Shown one piece after another: positions 29,056 to 37,900 of a stretch of DNA of 64,000 nt (its first letter is position 1; each line of letters starts with the position of its first letter). Below the pieces are notes generated by a model. That model searched no databases and was not told the origin of the DNA. It was given only the letters and a program-made list of their open reading frames with translations. The stretch lies in the NCBI GenBank assembly GCA_049412325.1, contig JBMSEL010000001.1:15742-79741 (forward strand), given 5' to 3'. This DNA comes from Poseidonia sp. GTDB lineage: Archaea > Thermoplasmatota > Poseidoniia > Poseidoniales > Poseidoniaceae. A program made the translations under genes and the position numbers.

Positions 29056-30102
29056 ATGCGGGAACACCCCTCCTCCCGAATCGACTTCCGTTCGGACACG
29101 GTCACCCAACCCACGACCGTCATGCGTCAGGCCATGCATGAAGCATCGGTGGGTGACGATGTGCTTGGAGATGATCCGACTGTGATCGAATTACAAGACC
29201 GCGTCGCCGCCATGTTTGGCAAAGAAGCCGGTTTGTTCGTCGCCTCGGGGACGATGTCAAACGCCATTGCCCTTCGAACCCACACCGTACCAGGCGACGA
29301 GATTGTGTGCGACAAAACCGCTCACATTTACCGCTACGAAGGCGGTGGTTATGCTGCGCTCTGCGGCGCTTCCATCGCTCTTGTTGACGGGGAGGGGGGC
29401 TTGATGACGCCCGAGCAGGTCCGTTCGGCTGTTCGAAAGGCAGAGGGCTCCGGCAGTCACTACCCAAACGGTTCGCTGGTGTGTGTTGAAAACACCTCGA
29501 ACCTCGGTGGCGGCTCGTGTTACGACCAAGCCACGCTTGATGAAATCGCAACGGTCGCTGCTTCCTTGGGGTGCGCCACGCACATTGACGGTGCTCGAAT
29601 TTTCAACGCTGCCATCGCCACCGGCGTCGACGTTGCACGCATGTGTCAACACTACGATTCGGTCTCCATTTGCTTCTCCAAAGGGCTCGGTGCACCGGTC
29701 GGTTCGGTGTTGGTCGGTTCTTCGGCCTTCATCGCCAAGGCCCATCGCTGGCGAAAATTGTTTGGCGGCGGCTGGCGACAAGCAGGGTTGCTGGCTTCAG
29801 CTTGCCTTCATGCCCTTGACCATCACGTTGACCGACTGCAAGACGATCATGTTCGTGCTCAGCGCATTGCTGCTATGCTCAACGAGTTACCTGAATTCAC
29901 CGTTGACCTCGAGACCGTGCAAACCAACATGGTCTACGCCAAGACGAAGCGGCCTGCAGCCGAGGTGGTTGAGCAGTATGCAGCCAACGGCATTGACATG
30001 TTTGACCTGAGCGACAACCGGATTCGCGTGGTGGTTCACCTCCACATCACGGATGAAGATGTGGACCGATTCACCAGCATTTCTCAACGGTTGTTCGGTT
30101 GA
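29056..30102 (+). CDS. ltaE: low-specificity L-threonine aldolase
   Basis: IDFRSDTVTQPT, VGDDVLGDDPTV, SGTMSNAIAL, ICFSKGLGAPVGS (PLP lysine region). 348 aa. Confidence 0.88.
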   Translation: MREHPSSRIDFRSDTVTQPTTVMRQAMHEASVGDDVLGDDPTVIELQDRVAAMFGKEAGLFVASGTMSNAIALRTHTVPGDEIVCDKTAHIYRYEGGGYAALCGASIALVDGEGGLMTPEQVRSAVRKAEGSGSHYPNGSLVCVENTSNLGGGSCYDQATLDEIATVAASLGCATHIDGARIFNAAIATGVDVARMCQHYDSVSICFSKGLGAPVGSVLVGSSAFIAKAHRWRKLFGGGWRQAGLLASACLHALDHHVDRLQDDHVRAQRIAAMLNELPEFTVDLETVQTNMVYAKTKRPAAEVVEQYAANGIDMFDLSDNRIRVVVHLHITDEDVDRFTSISQRLFG

Positions 30103-30134
30103 GCCTTCAAAAAGAGTCAGGGAATATATCCCTC

Positions 30135-32498
30135 ATGACGACGAGCGTACGCGAAACGCTGTGTGTTCACAACGCAGCCACCCCCGACACCAACCACGTC
30201 TGCGATTGGTGTCAATCCATGATCGATTTTCAGCCGCAACAGGGCTGGAACGCCCCTCTGCATCCGGAGGAACATGAACGTGCGATGGCCTTGTTTGGCG
30301 GACCCGGCGGAATCTCTTCACGAAAGTGGAAAACGTTGCTGGCGAATACCAAGGACCTCCATCACGTTCAATGGGCTCGTTTGGACAGTGATGAAGACCC
30401 CATCTCGAACCCTCCAGAATCGTGGGGCGCCTTTGATGAACTTACACAGGCAGTCTTGCGGGGCGACCACCTCAGTCAACGTCAAGAAGCCATGCTCAGA
30501 GAAGGCATTGGGTTCCACGACGGGTCCGTTTTGCGCTACCTCGACGGGGCATGGAACCTCAACGGTTGTGTTCTTCACGGGCTGAGTTTGTTCGTCGTGT
30601 TTTCCTTGATGGAGAACGCGTCCAAGCGAAAAGGATGGGACATTCCCGCTCTCCTGGTGTGTGCCACGTCGGTCAATCCAGAACTTCGTCACTCCTCTCG
30701 GATGATGCAATACATTCACCGAGGCCGCCGAGAATTGCGACCTTCGTACCGCCCTCTGGCTTCGATGCTGACGTGGCTGTCCACCCGGTTGAAGATCGAT
30801 CGTACCTTGAACATGGAAGCCCGTGAATATGTACCGATGATGGCGTGGTCCCACGACATACAATCACGCATGTTTGACCAGCAACCCCCCAACATGGAAG
30901 GCATGTTCCAAAAGGCGCTTGCTCACCACCCACCTGGATTGTTTCACGCGTACAACACACCATGGATGCAGGCTTGGCGGGAACTTGAGTCGACACACGA
31001 GCAGGCTGAAACGCAAAAATGGGCGATGGATCTCAATCCAAAGGCGCTCCGATTTCGGACGCGTACGGCCTCCGGCTCTCTGCGTTTGATTCGAGTGCCA
31101 AGCGAGCCGGCGCTCTGGGCCTTCTTGTCCTCGCTGGTGCTTTCTCCACTGAACTCGGAGGCAGGGAAAATTCTGCTGGGCTTGCAACACAACTGGTCAG
31201 TGGGCTACGTTGAACGGAACCTTCCTTCAGCGCCGCTGGTCCGGTCGTTGGAATTCTGCCATAGCATCATGAACGGCTTGGAAGGCAAGGTCTTCCTCCA
31301 GCGTGCCCGTGCTTTGGTCATTGGTCAATTTGGCCATGTCTACGAGGTGGCCGTTGAACACGGTCAACATGGCGCACCCTACACCATCCAACACGTCACC
31401 GATATCACGCCCAACGTCAAGCGTTCCATTTGCATCCACAGTGGGCAATTTGCCAACACATTGCCGCTTGGTGACACGATGGGCAGCGTCATCCTCTCCA
31501 TGGTGAACGACATCAAAGCGTCCGGTGAAATCGCCAGCCTTGAGGAGTTGTTGTTTCACCACCCTCCGTTTGGCTTCCCCCGACACGACATCCCCGCAGC
31601 CTGGCTCAACCGCATCATGGACGAGGCCGCTCAAGCCGTCAATCTACCCCGGTACTTCCTGCACCAACTTCGATGGTACCACCGCGAACCAGTTGATGAA
31701 TTGGAACCACGTCCAGGTGGAGGCTTCCACGAGCTCTTTCTTCGAAACCGCCACCATGGTCGTCGCCGCCCACGCTTCTCGGAACGCTGGGCTGCGCGAT
31801 TTCACACGGTGTTTGACCGTGAAGGGCGCTTCCCGCTTGAGGAAGCGGTGGCTGAGTGGCGAGAAACCGTGCCTCCCTATGTGCAAGGACGAACGGAGGT
31901 TCATGGCTTTGGAGATTACTTTGGGCGCATTCAGGAGGGCTTCTTCCACCGACGATACCACCACTTGATGCCTCATCGCCGTGGAGATGATCTCCACGAG
32001 GAAGGCGATGTGCGAGACGGTGAGCGTCGTTGGTGTGAGGTCTTTGCACGGGTGTGGGAGGTGCTGGTCCACCAACCGTTGGGGGCTCACTTCCGACTCC
32101 CTCTTGACGACGGTGGAACTCTGGCGCTCCAACATGCCGACCTCCAAGTGTCGGTCCGGTCAGAATTGGAACGCAACTTCTTCACGCGCGCTGCGAAAAT
32201 GCTTGGCTACGTCAAGGACGAGGAGGATCCGACCCACACCGTCCTCATTCGCCGAGATCACCCACGTCCAAACGCTCGTTTGCAACTGACGGACTTGCTT
32301 CGTGACATGCAGGACCGACAGCGGGTTCGCGGTGCTCCGCCACGCTGGTGGAATTACGTCGACGTGGTGGCTCCGCCCCGTGAGGTGCCTCACTTTCGAT
32401 GGCAACTTCACCTTGACCACCGGGACACGCAGCGCGTCATCGAATTTGACGACCCGGCCGAACGTGAATTCAACGGTCTCGGCGAGTTCGTTGAGTGA
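30135..32498 (+). CDS. large orphan cytoplasmic protein (787 aa), His/Arg/Trp-rich, no recognisable domain
   Basis: Uninterrupted ORF with no TM segments. N-terminal CVHNAATPDTNHVCDWC is a possible Zn site. No Walker, helicase or nuclease motifs found by eye. A TTG at 30099 overlapping the ltaE stop is an alternative start. Confidence 0.6.
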   Translation: MTTSVRETLCVHNAATPDTNHVCDWCQSMIDFQPQQGWNAPLHPEEHERAMALFGGPGGISSRKWKTLLANTKDLHHVQWARLDSDEDPISNPPESWGAFDELTQAVLRGDHLSQRQEAMLREGIGFHDGSVLRYLDGAWNLNGCVLHGLSLFVVFSLMENASKRKGWDIPALLVCATSVNPELRHSSRMMQYIHRGRRELRPSYRPLASMLTWLSTRLKIDRTLNMEAREYVPMMAWSHDIQSRMFDQQPPNMEGMFQKALAHHPPGLFHAYNTPWMQAWRELESTHEQAETQKWAMDLNPKALRFRTRTASGSLRLIRVPSEPALWAFLSSLVLSPLNSEAGKILLGLQHNWSVGYVERNLPSAPLVRSLEFCHSIMNGLEGKVFLQRARALVIGQFGHVYEVAVEHGQHGAPYTIQHVTDITPNVKRSICIHSGQFANTLPLGDTMGSVILSMVNDIKASGEIASLEELLFHHPPFGFPRHDIPAAWLNRIMDEAAQAVNLPRYFLHQLRWYHREPVDELEPRPGGGFHELFLRNRHHGRRRPRFSERWAARFHTVFDREGRFPLEEAVAEWRETVPPYVQGRTEVHGFGDYFGRIQEGFFHRRYHHLMPHRRGDDLHEEGDVRDGERRWCEVFARVWEVLVHQPLGAHFRLPLDDGGTLALQHADLQVSVRSELERNFFTRAAKMLGYVKDEEDPTHTVLIRRDHPRPNARLQLTDLLRDMQDRQRVRGAPPRWWNYVDVVAPPREVPHFRWQLHLDHRDTQRVIEFDDPAEREFNGLGEFVE

Positions 32499-33369
32499 AG
32501 GCCAGCGCTAAACCCACGACCATCATCGTGGACACGGCGGACAAGGCAGGGGTGTCTTCACTGGGTTCTGACGGGGCGGGTTCTTCCACGACTTCAGGTG
32601 GGTTGGGCATGATTTCATAGAGAAGATGAATTTCCAAATCCTCGCCGTCGTGGGGCGTCGGTAGCGTCACCATCATGGTCCCTTGCACGTCATTCCCAAC
32701 CTCGATCATGTCACGAACGATGTGAGGGTAGGTCCCGAGGCCATTCGTTCCTTCTTCATAATCGGCGGCGGTTTCAACGATGTAGGCGTACACGGTGAGG
32801 CTGGCGTTATCGAGGTGCGCCTCGTTGATGTCAAGGTTCCACGTCATGGTGCCGCAGGCGAAGACGTCCACGCAACTTCCGGGCGTCCAGGAAAACGACG
32901 TGGTGCCTTGACCAAGCCCCAAGTCTTGCTTGGCAAGGTTGGTGAATTCGTTCTGCAGCGTGCCGTCGTCGGCCACGCTGCCGACCTTCTTCATGGTCCC
33001 GTTGAACACCACGCCGGGTGGGGAGTTGGGCTCGTACTTGTCCCGCCATCGCTGTTCAAGCTCGGCCACACCAAACGGGTCGCTAAGGGTGGAATGGAAG
33101 TGGTACTGGATCAGGTGACCTTCAGCCTTGACGTCCTCAAGAGCGTGTTCGACGTCCACACAATTGTCGCACCAGGTGGCGGTGTAGACTTCCGTGACGG
33201 CTTTCAGATCGCTGAAGTTGGCCGTCTCAACCGCTGTTGTGTTGGCCGGTGTCCATTGCCCACCGAACAGCATGCCGTTGTTGACTTCGGTGGCTGGTAG
33301 GGCAGCAGCCGGACTCATGGTTCCGATGAGAAATGCGAGCGCAAGGCACAGGGCGAAGGATGAACGCAT
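32470..33369 (-). CDS. secreted thioredoxin-fold protein (DUF1223-like) with a CxxC motif and a C-terminal membrane anchor
   Basis: Signal peptide MRSSFALCLALAFLIGTMSPAAA. EVYTATWCDNCVDVE..YHFHSTLSDPFG..PPGVVFNG resembles DUF1223. C-terminus TPALSAVSTMMVVGLALAFTQRTRRDR. Confidence 0.6.
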   Translation of the reverse strand: MRSSFALCLALAFLIGTMSPAAALPATEVNNGMLFGGQWTPANTTAVETANFSDLKAVTEVYTATWCDNCVDVEHALEDVKAEGHLIQYHFHSTLSDPFGVAELEQRWRDKYEPNSPPGVVFNGTMKKVGSVADDGTLQNEFTNLAKQDLGLGQGTTSFSWTPGSCVDVFACGTMTWNLDINEAHLDNASLTVYAYIVETAADYEEGTNGLGTYPHIVRDMIEVGNDVQGTMMVTLPTPHDGEDLEIHLLYEIMPNPPEVVEEPAPSEPSEDTPALSAVSTMMVVGLALAFTQRTRRDR

Positions 33370-33414
33370 GTTTCGGGGAGCGGCCAGTGGGATATGAAAC
33401 CCACTTCATTTGGT

Positions 33415-34572
33415 TCACTCGTCAGCGGTTTCTTCATCAGCGTTTGCGTCGCTCTCTACGGCATCGTCAACCGTCTCGGAGAAGAGTTCGGCCCCTGCTG
33501 GGAAATCACCGCTTTCGTAGCGCTCTTGCAACTCTTCGAGGCGACTCTTGATGCCGGCTCCGGAGCGCTGAACGGCTTTGGCTACAGCGCTGAGGTTGCC
33601 GTTTTGAAGGCCCAGTTGACGGAGCAGATTGTACATGACGCAACCTGCGACCATGGAGATTGGAACGTTGGCCGTCGGGGCGTCCACGCTGGGTTCACCG
33701 AGGTTCGACATGGCATCGAAAAACGCATTCATGATAGCGCTGAGTTCTTCATCACAGAAGCGTTGACCGAGGGCGTCGTTCAGGTTCTCAGCGACCTTGT
33801 CCAACTCGTCTTCACGAGCAGCGGCTGCGCTGAGTTGTTGTGGTGGCGCTGCCCAACCTTGACGAACACGCTCTTGGTAGTGCTGCATGATGGCCTTCTT
33901 GGCGTTCTTGAGCTGCTTGGCTGTGATGCCGTAGGTGTCCATCAACTGCTTTTCGTTGACTCGTACGGTACGAAACCATCGAGCGGCGATGGAAGCGATG
34001 GCCAGGGCCATGATCTGGAGGTTGTCCTGGTCGGTCTCGCCTCGAAGTTCAGGGTGCTCTTTGCCACCGGCGCGGCAGATGGACGTCTTCGGGCACTTCA
34101 GACGGCGACGCTCGCCCGGTGTCAGTGTCTTGCGAGTGGCCTCTTGCGAACGGGTGAGTTTGCGAGCAGCAGCGCGTGCCAGCGGCTCAACAGCTCGAGC
34201 CATGTCTGGCCCGAACATGTTGCGAAGCGTGGCCAAGAGTTGAGCGTACATCGGGTCGGTGTCTCGCTGGGAACTTCGGTCCAACTTCGCGATGCGAGCA
34301 GCAAAGCGCTTTTGCTTTGCCGTCAGTCGGTTACCACGGCCGTCGAACTTGTCGCCGAAGGGGTTCATCTTGGCTCCCATCTTGGCGGCACCATGGCCTG
34401 CTTCCATGTTGACGGCTTCGTTGTGACGGCCTTCGCCCAGCGAGCTGCCGCTGTTCGTGTCGGCATCGTCGTGAAGGATGGTGTGCACCAAGGAGCAATC
34501 ATCGCAGATGCCCTCTGCTCGGGTCAGGTCAATCGTCAGGTTTCCGCCGCATTCGTCGCATTTTGTCATCAT
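33415..34572 (-). CDS. tfb: divergent transcription factor B (TFIIB-like) with an inserted basic segment and an acidic C-terminal tail
   Basis: Zn ribbon MMTKCDECGGNLTIDLTRAEGICDDCSLV at the N-terminus. The linker GNRLTAKQKRFAARIAKL has a cyclin-like helical repeat after it. The start was set at ATG 34572 because a TATA box lies inside the longer ORF. Confidence 0.75.
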   Translation of the reverse strand: MMTKCDECGGNLTIDLTRAEGICDDCSLVHTILHDDADTNSGSSLGEGRHNEAVNMEAGHGAAKMGAKMNPFGDKFDGRGNRLTAKQKRFAARIAKLDRSSQRDTDPMYAQLLATLRNMFGPDMARAVEPLARAAARKLTRSQEATRKTLTPGERRRLKCPKTSICRAGGKEHPELRGETDQDNLQIMALAIASIAARWFRTVRVNEKQLMDTYGITAKQLKNAKKAIMQHYQERVRQGWAAPPQQLSAAAAREDELDKVAENLNDALGQRFCDEELSAIMNAFFDAMSNLGEPSVDAPTANVPISMVAGCVMYNLLRQLGLQNGNLSAVAKAVQRSGAGIKSRLEELQERYESGDFPAGAELFSETVDDAVESDANADEETADE

Positions 34573-34607
34573 TTTTCTCAACTCCAAGGTATCTGTCCCG
34601 TCACTCC

Positions 34608-34614
34608 ATATAAA
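34608..34614 (-). promoter_or_regulatory. TATA box (TTTATAT on the minus strand) for the tfb-like gene
   Basis: Centre about 39 nt upstream of ATG 34572. GGAG sits 10-13 nt before the ATG, which fits a short leader. Confidence 0.5.
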
Positions 34615-34708
34615 GGATTCAATTTCAGCATCAACGCCTCTTAAAGTCTCCTGATGAGCCGGAAAACCAGTTCCCAACTCCCGTGGCTTGACAAGACAAA
34701 TTCATATT

Positions 34709-34727
34709 GGGGTATACCCTATTTAAA
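34709..34727 (+). promoter_or_regulatory. perfect 10-bp palindrome GGGTATACCC abutting TATTTAAAA (TATA-like)
   Basis: Read directly in the 260-bp low-GC divergent intergenic region between the tfb-like gene and addB. Confidence 0.35.
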
Positions 34728-34751
34728 ACTAACCCAAAAAACCCCACACCT

Positions 34752-34772
34752 TTCCAACCACTCAGGTTGGAA
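34752..34772. repeat. perfect 8-bp inverted repeat TTCCAACC-ACTCA-GGTTGGAA (hairpin or operator)
   Basis: Read directly. It lies about 25-30 nt downstream of the TATTTAAAA element. Confidence 0.5.
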
Positions 34773-34936
34773 CGGGGTAACAAAGATCGATGCATCTTCA
34801 GTGCCCGAACGATGGCCTTGAAGATTCAGATGCCCCGGGTGCCGATTTCAATATGCGAGCCACGCATCATCTCTCATTCTTGCCGCCGCGTATGTTGAAA
34901 TAGCCTCGGTGCCGTTTTCCAAAACAGGCGGTTTAG

Positions 34937-37900
34937 ATGGAGCGAACACCGAGCATCACATCGGAACATGTCCCCTCGGGCGAGGGGCTTCCATCGTGGT
35001 TGTTTGATGCCCTCTGCAACCCCGTTGAGCATGCCCCACTGATGATCCTCCACCCTACAGAACTTCATCGTCAACGCACCCTTGAGCGATTGAATGAGGC
35101 CGGCGTGGTGGTCATGCCCCAGTACCACCTCACACTCAATCGACTGGTTCGCCTTCTCCACGTGGACCTCAGGCTACCGGTGCTGATGGACGACGAATCG
35201 AGCACCTTCATGGCCCTTCACGCTCGGTGTGCTGCGGCCGCAGAAAATGCCGAACTCCCCTTCCTCTATACGCCAGGCGTTGGAAGTTGGACCCTCACCA
35301 AAACCCGTCGACTTCAGCAACTGCACGGTGAATTGCTTCAGTTGCGGCGCCCCTTCGCCTGGGAGGGCGACCCCGGTGCAGCCGTGTTCCATCGTTTGTG
35401 CTTGGAAACCGAAGCGACGGCTGGTGCGATGCTCCCAGCTTTGGTTTCACGGCACGTGCTTGATGCGCTGCATACGAGCACAGACATTCCGTTTCATCTC
35501 AGCGAAGTCGCTGGTTTGATCGTGCTCAATGCCGCTCCAGACTTCACGGAAGTTGAGCAAGACCTCCTGACCAAGGTGTCCACCTTTACGCCCGTGCACC
35601 AGTTGCTCAACCCCGGCTCATTTCGACTTGGATACCACGGAGCCTACCTTGTGGACGAGCAACCCTGCACCACCGAAACACTGCCTGATTGGGTGCCTCC
35701 GCACGATGCATGGACTGGTGATGCCACGACGTGGCAAACCGATGTGGGGCGTGGGCGAGCAACGAAAGTGACGAGGCTGACCTTGGATGAACGGCGCCAC
35801 GGTATGCAGGCGGCCTTGACCATGATTCAAGCCTACCGAGCCCAGCATGACGGACAGATTCTGGTGGTTGACGCAGGCGTTCGAGACCGTGCAACGGCAT
35901 GGTCCAACGGGTTGGCCTCCATCGGTCTTCGATGGCACCCCGGCTCGGCCGCCATGAACCAACAACCCACCCATCATGCTGTGGTCAGAGCCGCAAGGTT
36001 GGCACAGGGCATGAGTGCTTGGTCGCTTGAATCACTGCGGGGGGTGTTCTTTTCATCGGTGGTTCCCTTTCACGAGGACTTGTTCCCCGAACTGAACCAT
36101 CCCAGCGAGGGAACATGGCGCCCTCAACCTGACGCTACGGTGTTGGACGACATCTCGCGCCAGTTTCACGTGCTCGGTGGCCCGGGAGCCATCGCCCGTT
36201 GGCTTGGGGTTCTCGCAGGCGCTGAACCTTCCTTTGCTGAGCGACGACCTGAAGAAAAGGCAAGGGCGCTTGAACAAACACAGTGGTGGCTCGCCTGTTT
36301 GCTCCGAACCTGGGCCCCCCTCCTCTCACCAGAGGACCGGCACTTGTTGCGACGTCCCGTGGTGGGCTGCACCAGCGGTGTTGAACTGCCGATGCCCGAC
36401 CTTCCTGCCTCCGGCATGGCGTGGCTCTCGTGGTTGCTGAGTTCGATTGATGTGGCACGGTTTGAACATCGACGGGCACCCTTTGATGCCGGGCTGGGGG
36501 CCCTGCAGACCCTTGTGGAAGCCTTGAACGCGGTCAAGTCCGAACTGTTCCGCCATCAACTTCCGTTCGAGGATGATGGGGCTGCGTTTGTGGACCTCCT
36601 CGACCACATCGGATCTTCGACAGAGCTCACGCATCAAACTTCGCGAACCGACCGCATCAACGTGGTCACGCCCGACGACGCCCTGGGATGCACGGCGGAC
36701 GTCGTGCTTCTGGTAGGCATGGATGTTGACGCGTGGTCAATGCGTTCTTCCATCACCCCTTGGCTGGACGCCTCGGCTCAACTTGAACTTGGTTTGTTCC
36801 AAACCGACCGTTTGGTCCGCCGGGGGCGGCATCACCTTCGACATTTGCTGAATGCAGCCCCGACGGTGGTCGTGTTTGACTCCTCTCCCGAAGAAGGTGG
36901 AGGGCCGAGTGCCCCGTTGGCTGAATGGCTGTCAGATGTTCAGCGCTCCGGCGCATGGGACACCATGCGGGCCCCCCCGTCGTTCCTTCACCCCTCGACC
37001 TACGAAGGGGAGGGAGAGCCGCGTCCCTTCCGGTGGGTGGTACGTGAAGACGGCCACGGAAGTTGGCTCACACCCGTGATGCACGCCACCGCCAACACGG
37101 GAGCCGGATTGCGCACGGTCCGTTTTGGCTTCAACGGACGAGACCGTCGTCAGCAACTCGGCCTCGATGTGCGTTCCCACCTCGCACCTAACGCACCACC
37201 CAATCATGCCGCCGCCTTGGTTCACGCTTACGAAGGCGATGTTCAGGCTGACCGGAGGCGGCGGCAACCGTTGGCCAAACACCTCGACGAACACACCAGT
37301 TTTGGTTGGTCAAACCGAGAACATCTGGCCAGTGTCGATGCCGTCACGCTCCGCCCAACCCGTGCCTCACTCAAGGTCAACGGTGTTGCCGCCGCCGAGT
37401 TCCCACATTTGGGCCACCGTGAAGAGAAATCCGTGTCGGTCAGTGTTGACCCGAGACCGCTTCCGCCCTATGTTCCTGCAGAAACCGTCCTCTCGCAACG
37501 GTTTGGTGTCCTCGGTTTACCACTCGAGCGCGAGGTGTGGTCGCCCAGTCGCCTGGAAGCTTGGCTCAAATGCCCACGCCAAGCGTGGTTGAAGCAGTAC
37601 CTTCGGGCCGACGATGATGAGGACATGAGCACCGAGGACATCGACGTTCGCATCCGAGGTCAAGTGGTGCATGAAACCGAAGCTGCCATCCTGCAAGGAC
37701 ACGGCATTCCAATGGGAGAAGAAGCCACGACTCCACCCCAACCACTCCACCTTGGCCCCATGGGCGAAGGCCGTGCGGGGTGGGACGCTGTGCTGGATTT
37801 CCTTCAGCGTGATGTTCACTGGTTGGGGCGGCACAACGCTGTTTCAGTCCATCGGACCAAAGATTTGATCGACGCCACACCCGAGTCTTGGCAGGCTCAT

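Noticed and set aside
30120-30132. GGGAATATATCCC upstream of the orphan gene as a second copy of the GGGTATACCC palindrome
   Set aside because: It is not a true palindrome (only the outer 4 bp pair). The resemblance is limited to GGG-AT-rich-CCC, so it is probably coincidental.
33386-33405. 6-bp hairpin AGTGGG-ATATGAAA-CCCACT between the tfb stop and the DUF1223-like start as an intrinsic terminator
   Set aside because: The stem is short and no oligo-T tract follows on the transcribed (minus) strand, so it is not convincing as a terminator.
33394-34644. 416-aa ORF on the plus strand
   Set aside because: It is exactly antisense to the TFB-like gene, which has a clear Zn ribbon and linker motifs. 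The plus-strand translation is low-complexity (G/V/A/L-rich), typical of shadow ORFs in GC-rich DNA.
34707-34898. 63-aa ORF inside the tfb/addB intergenic region
   Set aside because: It has a non-ATG start, no SD, and a basic low-complexity translation. The region is better explained as regulatory or non-coding.
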